A DNA stretch of 64,000 nucleotides from Sphyrna mokarran (taxonomy: Eukaryota), in NCBI GenBank assembly GCA_024679065.1, contig JAGIQG010000030.1, forward strand, positions 9,548,001 through 9,612,000, read 5' to 3'. Below, piece after piece: positions 25,653 through 38,303 of this stretch; positions within the stretch are counted from its first letter, which is position 1; every line of letters begins with the position of its first letter. The translations under genes and the position numbers were made by a program. Below the pieces are notes generated by a model. The model did no database searches. It worked only from the letters and a program-made list of their open reading frames with translations, and had not been told where the DNA came from.

Positions 25653-25924
25653 CAAAAAGATTGTTCTAAATACCAAGTTTTATTTGGGCTATACCCTAAA
25701 ATAACGCCATTTGCAAAATTACCTAAATCATGTGTTCTATCAGTTAATTTTTACCTTATTTTTTAGTTGCACCATAATTTGTTTTCCACATGAATTTTCT
25801 AACAATTTGAATGAGAATGGTAATATCAACATAGACACTATTACCCTGAACAGCACACTACAATGCACACAATGTACTAGTTTCATCTAAAGCAACTGGA
25901 CAAATCAATTTCAAGTGGAACATA

Positions 25925-26010
25925 TGCCAGAATGTGACGACAAGGGGATTTTCACAGTAACTTCATTGCTGTGTTAATGTAAGCTGACTTGCAAATCTAA
26001 TAACGACTTT
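25925..26010 (+). mobile_element. Isolated 3' tail of the alternative-tail V-SINE
   Basis: atgtgacgacaaggggattttcacagtaacttcattgctgtgttaatgtaagctgacttg. Confidence 0.7.
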
Positions 26011-27454
26011 CTGGTGGAAAACGTTGCACTTTTAAACATTTAAGTAGCTCATTGCATCAGCTAAAAATCAAATGCATGTGATTGTTAGCTATTGGTTCTA
26101 GATTGTGCAGAAGAACATAGATATCCAAACGCTTATTAAAAATGGTTTTCATTCCTCAATTGCCATTGTATCAGCCATAATATAGTTGAACTAACCCAAA
26201 GATCGCTAAGCCCATTTCACTGGTATGACAGAGCTTGTTGGTGGTGGGGAGAAATATTACACTTTTCAATTCGCATCATCTGAATAAGACTCAAAGTTTA
26301 ATTTTATAAATGCTGCCTGCATCACTGGTATGAAGTAACTATAAACCTTTATGCAGTAAAATTATCTAAATTGCTAGATGCATAAGCTGGATTTAAAAGC
26401 TAACTAGTTTTTTTTCCCTATAGAACAGATCTAAAAACTGACTTTTTTTTATTTATGCGACTCATTATTTGTAAGCATTAAATAGTCAAATACTCATTAA
26501 TAAATTTGAAAATTTGAGCAATTGTTTCTTTGTAATTAATTGTTTCTCCATGAACATACGTTGTATACTGCTGTGGTTTATAGAAAGAATTAATGAGTGT
26601 CTACCAACTGTCAGTGGATCTTACACACAGTAAGAACTGCTTGTTTTTTTAAATGAAATACCCAATTGTTAGATATTTGATACTTCAGTAGCAGCCTCAA
26701 ATATTATTTTTATACATGCGATGCACATCAAATGCACTCTCCAACCGGTCAACCATTTTAATAAAATGAAACACTGCCATACAATAAAAGTGACATTTGT
26801 TTGAAAAGAATATCCCTAGATTCACTTTGTCTCAGAGCATTGCAAGGAAGTTTAACATTAAAATAATTTAAATATGCGTAACTGTTAATGTAACTCAAAT
26901 TTAATCCTTTGCATGCCAATCAGAAAACATTCCAGCCCCTGAATCCAAAATAGCTAAAGTAGATCGGAAGATCTGCATGCTTGAGTGGATTGAATGCTTT
27001 TAAGGTTCTTGGGTGGGTGGGAGGGAATAAGCACTGTTTCCACAGATCAACTTAAAAAGCAGGTATAATCATGATAAATTTTGCTAAAGGGGACATTGCA
27101 TACAAAAGCCTGCATATCGTTCTGTTTCTTCATCATCTAACTTGATCTGCAAGCAAGTAACTAGTATTCAAAATGAAAAGAGTCGGTTAAGATAATTCAC
27201 AGTGGATAGGTGCAAAAGGGTAAACCAACAATATGCATTATCAGAGTATCAGTATTATTTGATTAGAATTCCAAAAATGAAGTACTGATCAGTTTTAATA
27301 AAGCTACAATTTTTGCTTTTAACTTTGTAATTGACCGAGAACAATCCTCATTCAAGTTTAACAGCAATGTTTCAACACAACTTAAGATAGTCTGAATACA
27401 ATTGCTAGTAACTAACTGGGGTAGAATGCACGAACATTTATATCAGTGTTCCTT

Positions 27455-27590
27455 CGTTGGAACACTGTGGATGTACATACACCACATGGACTATAGCAAT
27501 TTAAGACAATTCACAACCACATTCTCAAAAGCAATTAGGGATGGGCAATAAGCCAGCAACACCCACATTCCATGAACAAATTTAAAAAAT
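27455..27590 (+). mobile_element. LINE 3' tail fragment (53757 family)
   Basis: aacactgtggatgtacatacaccacatggact...gcaattagggatgggcaataa..cccacattccatgaac. Confidence 0.65.
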
Positions 27591-30500
27591 TCTTCTTTTC
27601 TACCATTGTTCTCCAAAACATATATAATTACATAGTCCAGAAACAAAACTTAATGTGAGGTGAAGGGAACTGTTCTGGCTGCGTGGGACAGGAATACCAT
27701 AATTCCATTCAAAAGGGGCACTTTTACAGTTGAAAAGTAATTTTTCACAAACGGGAATCATAATAGTGGAAATGAACATTCATTTAGATTCAAAGTCTGA
27801 AGGCAAGTTCAGGGTCAAACTCAAGTGAGTGGAGTTAGAGGTTACATAATTAAACCTGTGTTTCATTGGTGCACGCAGAAGCCAAGTCCATTCTTACAAG
27901 ATAACTGCCGAGAGGCAGTACGGAAACGGATAGAAGAATCGTGAGATAAATTGAAGGTGGCGGTGGGAGGACTGAAATAAAATTTATGGTTGCAAGTTGG
28001 CTCCTCTAGAGCTGTTAGGAATGAAATCAGTATTGCCAATGAGAATAAGCGGTTCAGTAAGAGCCAAATCCGGTTCTTCACTTGCTAGTGACAACAAAAA
28101 TTCATTAGCAGTACTTAAAACCAAAAAGGAAAAATGTACAGCACTGGCAATGCAATATGCTTCAAAGTAACATTAAATCAAAAGTTGAAACCAAATGTTA
28201 ACATTTTACACAAAAATTCTAAATAAAACCACAAGAAGCTTTAATCTATCAAGTTATTGCTGTTGGGCACTATTTTCTAAATTACAATTATGCGCATCTT
28301 TTGATTAGCAGAAAGGACTAAGCAAAATGTTAAGCCTCCTCAATATTATGATGACAATCTTTTGGGTCAAGAAAAAGAATAATCAAAATAGTACAGGTTT
28401 CAGTTAACTCTGGATGTAATTGGAGAAGTTAATTAAAAGACATGCTGGAAAGAGCTAATTACTTTAAGAATTTGCACCAACAATCAATCACCCATCCATA
28501 GAAGATTAAGGTCATCAAAAAGTAGTAATATTTCATAAAACGTATGGATTCTCAAATGCTACCAAGTGCTCATTAATTGCAAGAGGCCCTATTTGCCTAT
28601 TCAAAAAAAGGAAAGATCTCACTATTCAGGACAATTCCTTAATAAAAGAAATGACTGACTATTTAATTTCATTTGTTCATGGGGTGTAGGTGTCGCTGCC
28701 ATAGCCAACATTTATTGCAATATTTTCCAACAAGTCAGTAACTATGCCTCAAAATAATTTGCCATGAAACATTTCTTTGACATCCTGAGACATGAAGCTC
28801 ACTATGTCTATAACTTCAACTTCTTTATTTACAAAAACACTGACTTGCCACTTCACATTTGGGAACTTAATCTAGAAAGCACACTTTATCCTGGATTGAG
28901 GACTGATTCCATAATTTTTTTACTAGGTTAATAAAAAAGCAAAACTATTTCATTAATGTCTAATTAATGCAGAACAAAGGAAAAAGGGGAGTAATTAGTT
29001 TTGATTTTACACTAACTTTGTTCTTTGAGGCATTTAGAAAACTGCAAAGCCACAAAAGCAGACTCACTGACAGTCTTATCTATTTCAAGTAGCAAATTAG
29101 GTGCTAAAAGCTTTACAGAAAGCTAAGAAGACCTCGCTACCAACAGTCTATATCTTGCACCAAACTCTGACTGCTTAACGTAAGTTATCTGAGATATACT
29201 CAGTTTTAAAATGTTTAAAAGAAACACAGGAGAGGAGTTGAACGTAGGGTATGGTAGCATTATGGTTACAGTAATAGATTAGCAACTTAGGGGTCACAAG
29301 TTGTGGTCCTGTAACAAAAATATTGCAACAATTTGTGCAAGCTTCAGCTATAATAATCTGGCACTGGCACAAACTAGTGATTTGGCTCACCAATCTCCTT
29401 TGGGGAAAGATCCTGCCACCGCTACGTGCAAATACAATTTCACAGGGCATATACTAACATTTATTGCTCCAGTGTCATGCACATCCAAAGAATAAATAAC
29501 TAGAACGAAAATTCAAGGCACAGGTACCAACATGCACATATTTATAACAACAACCTGTCTATGAGGTGAGAGATTTATTTCCCTACCCTCATTTCTAAGT
29601 TTATTTCCAGGCTTGGGTGAAGAAAAACATGTCCAAAACTAAATTCCACAAAACCACAATAGGAGAAAGAAAATAGACAATGGCATTCCTTTTTGCCTCA
29701 GCTACATTTATAATTTCTTCATTTATAAAACTCCCCCCTCCCACTCCTCAGTGAACATACGAAGCAACTACTTCAACAGGCGGAGGAAATTCCAAATAGT
29801 AACCTGAAAATAATCAAGGCATGAAACATTGAAGATAGATTGATGAGATGAATTTATACAGTTTGATTGAAATAACAGGAATGTATTAGCTCATTAATGC
29901 TACACCAGAAAAAAATTATATTGATTGCTTGGTTACTAGATTTGCATGCTCATATTATCCAAGCATAGCTTTCTAATTTCAATAAATTAACATTCATTTA
30001 TACAAAAAGTGACACACATTTTAAACAGATGTTTGCAAAACCCCAATTATCACTACATTTATGAAATATATATAGTGGACAGAATGATTCATTCAACATT
30101 TGCCCATTCACATTATTCTGTTAACCAAGCACATTGGATTTTGGCTATTAGTTATGTAAAAATTGTGTCAGACAAACCACAATGCAGTGAGGGTTGTAAT
30201 GACCCAAACCATATCTTTCAAACCATGTAATTCATCCAGAGCTTCAGCCAGCTTTAAAAATATCAATTTCAAAAAGCATTCAAATGCTTATGGCAAATGC
30301 TTTGTCTTCAAATAATCATGATAATGAGAATCCCCCAAAATAATTAAAAAATGTGCTATATTGTGCTGTTGCAGGATGAGAGAATACTGAAAAATAGATC
30401 AATGCACAATGTAATAGGCTTCACCTAAACTGACAACCTCCCTGTTGCATTGGTATTGAATGTAGTACTTGAAAAATGAAACAAAATCACTTTCCCCACA

Positions 30501-31752
30501 GGAAGAACATGAATACCTGATTATTTCTGAGTGTGAAATGGATAATAGTCTTTCTTTATCACCCATCTCTAAAGCAGAGGACGTAAACACACATACTACA
30601 TTCACAAATTTTAAAAGAAGGTTGTGGACCATTAAGGATACCTTCAAATTTGATTCTTCTCCAATGATTAAGTTGAGAACGACTCCTTTACTAATCTATA
30701 TCTCAATACTTCTCTATCCATGAGGTTCTGAATTTAACTAACAATCGTCATACAGATGATACTTCACGTATCACGTTATAACTGCCCATTATCACTTCGC
30801 AAAAAGTATTATCTAGAGGCATATTTAGCAGCAATATACTACAAGAGAAAGTGCACTTAAGCAAATATGATTAAATGTTGTAAGAATAACCTTTTTGTGC
30901 ATCACTCCTTACCAACATAAATTGCTCCCAGAGCCAGTGAAGGCTGCAATCAACATGTATCACACCTTACCTTAATACATTTCAAAAAGCATATTGCAAA
31001 TCACAAGGTCAAAATGTTGAATTTGTTGTTTTTTGACATAGCTCAAATGAACACTGCGCAAAAATTTCACGTTTGGTTCTGTATTACCAAAATCCAAATG
31101 GCTTTTAGCCAAAACTCAGATAATGTTATAATCACACAGGTCTTAATACACTATTGAGGTATATTCTATGTTAAACAGACCAAACAATGCAATAGCTACT
31201 GCTAACAGAAACTGGCAGCAACTATTGAGGAGCACAACCTTTAAATTTGCCTGCAGTTACAAAACTGTTGGCATGAGTACTGTGCATCTCCCATTACTGA
31301 CTAACATTTTCAAATCAGATTTGGTCACATTCCAGTTCAGCCTTTTGCCCGTTTTAAGTCTAATCTCAGAATAATCTTCAAAGGCTATCTGACAAGATAA
31401 AGTTATCTTCAAGTAAATGAATTGTACTGGTCTACAGAACTTCCATTAACAAAAAAAAAATCGCAATCTTGAGGCAATTGTTTCGATTTGCATACCTGTT
31501 ACTCCTTCACTATATGTCCGTGCCCGTCCAATAATTTGGAGCACATTTTGATATTCCACACGCACCATCTTTTTTCAAAAAAATAACTCAACTGCAGTAG
31601 GTGAACCAAGCATCGCAGTTAACCCACCGCATTTTATCATTAGAGGGAAATGGAAAGGAAAACATTACAAGAGGGCGCATTTTGAACTACTGATGTGCAA
31701 AGAAACTGATTTCAGCGGTTCATGACAACAGAAAAAATAACAAATCTCTTAC

Positions 31753-31820
31753 ATTTCAGTGCCACAGGGTAGGTCCAGTCATCACAACACTGATTTTGAC
31801 ACCGGTAGGTTTTTGTTGTA
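31753..31820 (-). other. Putative 68-nt second non-coding exon
   Basis: Acceptor gtgtgttttttttaaaag| and donor AAT|gtaaga. Confidence 0.45.
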
Positions 31821-31899
31821 CTTTTAAAAAAAACACACATATAGACACACACCTCTAGCGTATTATTTTTACATAATAAACATGAAAAATTTGCACGAT

Positions 31900-32900
31900 C
31901 GTAAGGGAGGGGACAGATGGGTGTGGGGAAAGCCAAAATAGTGCCAAAAACTCTGCACGAACACCTTTGTACCCGGTCGGAAAGCAGACAGAAGAGAGAG
32001 AGAGAGGGAGAGCCGCTCACCAACTACATCCCCAGGCAGGCAGGCAGACACCCGGAAGGGGGAGGGGTGCGCGCAAAGGAAAGGAGGGGGTGGGTATGGG
32101 ACGCGCATGCGCAGAGACGACTGATGATTGACGGGTGGACCGGCCAATCGGCGGCTGCTGCGCGAGCCCGCCCGCCGGCCCGCTCCAGCCAATGGGCGGC
32201 ATCGCAGAAAGGGGCGGAGTCTCGCTCGCGCGCAGCCAACGGTGGCTGCGCGAGCTTCACTGGCCCGGAGGGCGACGGTAAACACAACGAAATAAAAAAA
32301 GATGAATTAAATTTTTTAAAAAAGCCGGTTCCGCTCGCACCGCCTACCTGCACGGAAGGTAATCCGGAAAACGAACCCTTTTCTTGAAATCTGATTTTTT
32401 TAATCATGCTTTTTTTTGTAAATAAAACGTTAACTCGCTCGTGAAACGGCGTTCTTTCCTCACTATTTTCCCCCCCCAGCTGTGTCGGAGAAGGCGCCCT
32501 GTGTGAACAAAAGGCCTGGGTTTTTCTCTTTTAGTTTTTGATAATGAAAACGGCCGCAGCTCAACCTAACTTGAATAACGGCCGGCGTCAAGCGCTGAAC
32601 GAGTGATTGACAGTGGCCCCGGGCAGGGGGCGTGGCACATATGGGGGATATCGCCAATGGGATCACAGGAATTGCGACCCAGTGGGCGGTGCCTCCGGAG
32701 GGGGAGGAGTCCGCTTGGCGGAGAGAAGGGGCCGGTGCCGCCGAGGGAATGGGGCTCAGAGAAGTGGTTGCGCCACCTGTCAATCAAGCCCGCCGGGGGG
32801 CGCATCAGAGTGGGAATGAGGGTGCTGGATGGTGGATGTCCGTATGGTATCATGGCTAAGAAGCATCATGGCCAAGTTGCCACTCATCAGACGAAGGAGC
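31900..32900. promoter_or_regulatory. CpG-island, TATA-less housekeeping-type promoter
   Basis: Sharp CpG/GC rise. NRF1 GCGCATGCGC 32103-32112; CCAAT 32144 and 32189; GC box GGGGCGGAG 32211-32219; ETS CCGGAAG 32052-32058; ZNF143-like AACTACATCCCCA 32022-32034. Confidence 0.85.
32021..32100 (-). other. Putative first exon (5' end approximate) of the minus-strand transcript
   Basis: Donor TTG|gtgagc at 32020 at the island edge, followed by a pyrimidine-rich intron start; the minus strand looks T-rich to the left. Confidence 0.65.
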
Positions 32901-32977
32901 AGCGCTCCCAAAGCTAGTGCCGTTTACTACCAAATAAACCTGTTGGAATTTAACCTGGTGTTGTGAAACTTCTTACC
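32880..32977 (+). mobile_element. Penelope-derived repeat with a mutated hammerhead core
   Basis: cat-CAGACGA-aggagc-agc-gctcc-CAAA-GCTA-gtg...caaataaacctgttggaatttaacctggtgttgtgaaacttcttac. Confidence 0.7.
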
Positions 32978-33029
32978 AAGTAGCATCTGGTCAGACAACA
33001 GAGCAACGACAGACAGGCAGGTGGCAATA

Positions 33030-33712
33030 TCATGGTGCCATTTACATCATAGAAAGCAACTCTTCTGGATGTATCAGAGGTTGGTAGGCTTCAGCTCTGC
33101 CCAAGACAGCAGAGAACTACAAAGAGTCTTGAACGAAGCCCAATCCATCACGTAAACCAGCCTCCTGTCCATGGACTCTGTCTATGCTTCCTGCTGCCTC
33201 AGAAAAGCAGCCGGCATAATTAAGCACCCCGGACGTTCTCTCTTCTGCTTTCTTCCGTTGAGAAAAAGATACAAAAGTCTGAGGTCATGTACCAAATGAC
33301 TCAAGAACAGGTTCTTCCCTTCTGCTGACAGACTTTTGAATTGACTTACCTTGCATTACGTTGATCTTTCTCTACACCTAGCTATGACAACAACACTACA
33401 TTCTGCATGTTCTTGTTTTCTTCCCTATAAATGGTATGCTTTGTCTGTATAGCACACAAGAAACTACTTTTCATTGTAAGTTAATACATGACAATAATAA
33501 ATCAAATCAACCAAGAGTTGCTTCTTCCTTACTGTCACCAGACTTTTGAATAGATCTAAATGGCATTGTGACCTTTCTCTATACCCTAATAATGATATAT
33601 CACTGCACTCTGCACCCTATCCTTGTCTTCTCCATGTATGGTATGTTTGTGTAGTGCACAAGAAACAATACTTTTCACTGTTTGTTAATACATGTGATAA
33701 TAAATCCAATTA
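33030..33712 (+). mobile_element. Rex1/Babar 3' fragments (two adjacent 3' ends)
   Basis: atagaaagcaactcttctggatgtatca...aacgaagcccaatccatcacg...caataataaatcaaatcaa, then a second 3'UTR at 33515-33710. Confidence 0.8.
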
Positions 33713-33789
33713 AGTCATTTGTTAAAGGGTAGTAATTTATTTCTGAGAAGGTCTGGCTTAGTAAGAAAATAGTACAGTAGTTGGAAATC

Positions 33790-34082
33790 ATAAAATGGCA
33801 TTCAAAAAGATGCCATTTTGCCCATCAAGCCTGCACTGACAATCCCACCCAGGCCCTATTCCCCGTAACGACATGTGTTTATCCTGCTAACTGTCCTGAT
33901 ACCAAGGGGCAATTTTGCAAAGCTGACCAACCTGTGGCAAGAAACTAGAACACTCAAGAGAAAACTAATGCAGAGACGGGGAGAAAGTACAAATTCCACA
34001 CGACAGTCACCCGAGGGCGGAATTGAATCTAGCTCCTTGGTGCTGTAAGGCAGCAGTGCTAACTACTGTGCCACCATGCCAC
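33790..34082 (-). mobile_element. HE1-like V-SINE with CR1 tail
   Basis: Minus-strand head ggcatggtggcacagtagttagcactgctgccttacagc; V-domain gtgtggaatttgtactttctccccgtctctgc. Confidence 0.8.
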
Positions 34083-34094
34083 ATCTTGGATTTT

Positions 34095-34440
34095 GACCAA
34101 AGGTGTGCAGGTTAAGTGTATCGGCTATGCTAAATTGTCCCTTAGCATCCCAAGATGCATAGGTAAGGTGGATTGAGAATACTGAATTGTTCCTTAGCGT
34201 CCCAAGACGTATAGGTTAGAGGGATTAATGGTTATAGGGCCCGGGTGGGATAATCTGTCAAAGAGTTAGTACAGAGTGGATGGGCTGCACAGTAGGGATT
34301 CTATGATTATTGTTACATGTATTGGAACGCAATGAAATGTATTGTTTTTTGCATGCTGTGCAGATAAAGCATACCATTCATAGAGTATATGGTGAGAAGG
34401 AAAGAAGAGGGCGCAGAATATAGCGTTACAGTTACTGAGA
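34095..34440. mobile_element. V-SINE 3' half (+, 34095-34310, with an internal duplication) abutting a Rex1 tail (-, 34305-34440)
   Basis: ccaaaggtgtgcaggttaag...aaattgtcccttagcatcccaaga repeated; gggattctatgatt tail. Confidence 0.7.
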
Positions 34441-36469
34441 AGGGGCAACACAGTGTACTTTGGCACAGGGCCCTAACCACTGAGGCGCCTTGCTGTTGCG
34501 CCTGGTAAGTCCCAGCTCAACATGGCCATGCACCAGGGCATCCAATCAGACATTGATTACTTTTGTTGCCGATAGCCTCAATTCAGCAGCAAACACAGAG
34601 CAAAATCAGACTCTGACTGGATGAGTATCAGACTGAGAAGGTAAGTAACAGTTGGCAGTACAAATGAGACCATGAAGCGAAGGAGAGGCCAGCCATGAGA
34701 CAAGCTGAGGTTTGCACTGGCAGCAGAGAGGAACTACCCTCACCGTTTCCCCTGCCCTCAAGTAAGTGAGGTGAGAATGGGGGAGTGTGAGGAATGGAGG
34801 GAGGGAGAGTGTGTGAGGGGGGTTGGGTTGCAGACTTGCAGGGAGGGAGAGAGTGAGATCCAAATTGTGGGGAGGGAGAGTTTGTGTTGGGATTGCAAGG
34901 TCCACACTAAGGGAATGTTTGTGAAGGGGAAATGGACGGGAGAGTAGAATTAATGTTATTTAAAATCCATGATCAGAATCATAACTGTTTGTTAAAAGTT
35001 GAATTCCATTTTTGTGAACCTAATAAAAATATGGAATTGACTGCGCAAGTGGCTGCTCTTTCAGACACTTATTTAACTGTCTAAAATCAAGATCAATTTA
35101 TTTAGCGATGTGACACGACACTATCTGTATGGCAGTCAAAAATGCAAAAAAATGAAGACAAGAGAAAGGAGCTAAGCAAAAAGACAGTTTGTCATTTTAC
35201 TTTAAAATGTTTGAAGTATTGGAACAATACAAATTCACCCAAAAGTATCGATGAATTATCTGATTTGCCAATTTTCAAAAAAAAACAAATGGACTGAAAA
35301 AGTTGAACAACTGGACTCGGGAATGACAACAACTATAAGATATTGCTGATTCTATTGAAGTGAGGGAAGAAATTTCCAAAGCTCATATTAAAACTATGTA
35401 TCAGTTCAAAGATGTAAATTATCTGGAAGAACTGAGTTATCAGCTCTGTTTGGAGGAAAGTGCTGAAATGTGTTGTTGCCACAATCAAACTGCTGTCTTC
35501 TTTAGGACCATGATGAAGAGGACATGAGTCATACTGTCAAACCATAAAGGTAATTTTTTAGCCTGCCTTGAATATCTCAATGAATTTGATGAGCTTCTCC
35601 AAGAGCTTTTGAAAAGTTATTAATATTGTGGCTCAGGGAAGACCAACTTTGTAATGCACAAAACCCATGACGACTTCATCACTATAATAGCTGAGCATTT
35701 CAGAAACCAATTCACCAATGAAGTAAAAGATACCAAATATAATACATAATAATTGATTCAGCTCCAGATGTGAATCATGTGGATTAATTAATATTAATTT
35801 TAAGATATATGACTGATGATGGTGTGGTTGTAGAGCGATATCTTTGTCTAGCTATAACCTTTGTCAAGCTATGAAACTTCAAGCTATAATCTTTGTTAAG
35901 CTATGATACTTCTGAGTGTCTGGAGACAATTTGCTTGGCAATCATTACAAATTTAGGTCAAAACATCAAAATTGTCATGGACAGAGCTTTGATGATGCCA
36001 TAAATATGGCAGAAGAATATTCAGGTCTGGAAGCAAGACTGAACAATGTAACCCATGTACATCATTTATCCCTGTTTCAGGCACTCCTTGAGTTTAATCT
36101 GCAATGCAGCTGAATTCTGTGAGAGAGCTGTACATTTTTTTGACATGGCTGAAAATGTGTATGCCTTTTAGTTTTGGTTTTCACATATCAGTGGAATATG
36201 TTGCAGTCACGCTTAGAACAGGCAAAGGGAAAACATTTCAGAGTCAGAAAGAATTTGTGACCCCAGGCAATCTATTTACGCAGATGCTGTTTTGGCATTA
36301 AAAATGAACTTTGCTGACATAAAGGAAACCATCCCAGACATTGCCACATCAAATTCAGAAAAAAATACTTGAAAACTGAAGCAAAATCCTTAGGAGAAAG
36401 TTTGAAAAGAACATTTTTTTTACTGTTTTGTGGAACTGTTTGCTTCAAAGAATTAATACTGTCAGCAAA

Positions 36470-38026
36470 CTGTGTTGGAACTTTTAAATTCTATCAAGAT
36501 AGATAAGTCGCCGGGACCGGATGGGATATACCCCAGGTTACTGTGGGAGATGAGGGAAGTGTTTGCAGAACCCCTGGCAATGATTTTTGCATCGTCAGTG
36601 GAGACGGGAGAGGTTCCGGAGGATTGGAGGATTGCAGATGTGGTTCCCATTTTCAAGAAAGGGAACAGGGATAGCCCAGGAAATTACCGACCAGTGAGTC
36701 TAACCTCAGTGGTTGGTAAGTTGATGGAGAGGATTCTGAGGGACAGGAATTATGAGCATTTAGAGAAGTTTAATATGATCAGAAATAGCACAGCTTTGTC
36801 AAGGGCAGGTCGTGCCTTACAAGCATAGTTGAGTTCTTTGAAAATGTGACTGAACACATTGACGAGGAAGAGCGGTGGATATGGTTTACATGGACTTCAG
36901 CAAGGCATTTGATAAGGTCCCCCATGCAAGACTTCTTGAGAAAATGAGAGGGTAAGGGATCCAAAGGGCTTTGGCCTTGTGGATCCAGAACTGAATTTCC
37001 TGAAGAAGGCAGAGAGTGGTTGTGGATGGGTCTTTTTCCACATGGAGGTCAGACACCAGTGGAGTGCCCCAGGGATCTGTTCTAATTCCCTTGCTGTTTG
37101 TCATTTTCATAAATGACATTGACGAGGAAGTGGAGGGATGGGTTGGTAAGTTCACGACGACATGAAGATTGGTGCTATTGTGGATTGTCTGAAGGGATAT
37201 CAGAAGTTGCAGCATGACATAGATAGGATGCAAGACTGGGCGGAGAAGTGGCAGATGGACTTCAACAGGGATAAATGTGTGGTGGTCCATTTTGGCAGGT
37301 CCAATGGGATGAAGGAGTACAGTATCAAGGGTAGGAGTCTTAGCAGTGTTGAGGAGCAGAAGGACCTTGGAGTCCGGGTCCATTGGACTCTTAAATCAGC
37401 CTTGCAGGTGGAGGACGTGGTCAAGAACACGTATGGTACACTGGCCTTCATTAATCGAGGAATTGAGTTTAGGAGTCGGGAGGTAATGCTGCAACTTTAT
37501 AAGACCTTTGTCAAACCCCATTTGGAGTACTGTGTGCAGTTCTGGTCGCCTCATTACAGGAAGGATGTGGAAGCTATTGAGAGGGTGCAGAGGAGATTTA
37601 CAAGGATGTTGCCTGGATTGAGAGACATGTCTTATGAAGATAGGTTGAGGGAGCTAGGTCTCTTCTCCCTGGAGAGACGAAGGTTGAGAGGCAACTTGAT
37701 AGAGGTTTATAAAAGGTTGAGAGGTATAGATAAGATGGATTCTCAGAGGCTATTTCCTATGGCTGAAATGTTTAAGGTGCTGGGGAATAGGTATAGAGGA
37801 GATGTTGGGTAAGTTTTTCACTCAGAGACTGGTGAGTAAGTGGAATTGGCTGCCGTCGGTGGTGGTAGAGGCGAACTCACTGGGGTCTTTCAAAAGACTT
37901 ATGGATACATGTGATTTAATGGGATTGGGAGTTATAGATAGTTTTATGGCCTGGTAGGTATGGATATGATCGGCGCAACTTGTGGGCCAAAGGGCCTTTT
38001 TGTGCTGTAGTGTTCTATGTTCTAAA
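36470..38026 (+). mobile_element. 5'-truncated CR1 LINE inserted in the hAT fossil
   Basis: KSPGPDGIYPRLL, PGNYRPVSLTSVVGK, HLEYCVQFWSPHYRKD; tail gggcc..tgtgctgtagtgttctatgttcta. Confidence 0.92.
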
Positions 38027-38303
38027 TCATGGAATCTCTACAGTGCAGAAAGAAGCCATTTGGCCCATCGAGTCTGCACTGGCTCTCTATCAGATTATTT
38101 TACCCAGGCTCTCTCCCCCGCCCTATCCCTGTAATCCCATATATAGCTAATCCATCTAATCTACAGGTTTTGGGACACGAAGGCGCAATTGAGCATAGCC
38201 AATCCCCCTTACCTGCATCTAAACACCTTTGGACTGTGGGAAGAAACCCAGAGGAAACCCACACAGTATCAGTGAAAATGTGCAAACTCCACATAAACTG
38301 TCA
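38027..38303 (-). mobile_element. V-SINE (5'-truncated), tail-to-tail with the CR1
   Basis: tttggactgtgggaagaaacccagaggaaacccacacag...gtgcaaactccac. Confidence 0.8.

Noticed and set aside
26961-26971. AGATCGGAAGA, the start of the Illumina adapter
   Set aside because: Only 11 nt match before diverging (TC instead of GC); plausible by chance and part of a small natural hairpin
31753-31790. TGATGA...CTGA on the minus strand, resembling a C/D snoRNA
   Set aside because: The boxes are only ~20 nt apart, too short, and lie inside a putative exon
31869-32917. Several 95-156 aa ORFs over the CpG island
   Set aside because: They overlap on both strands, are Ala/Arg/Gly/Pro-rich as expected from GC content, cross a splice donor, and show no recognisable domain
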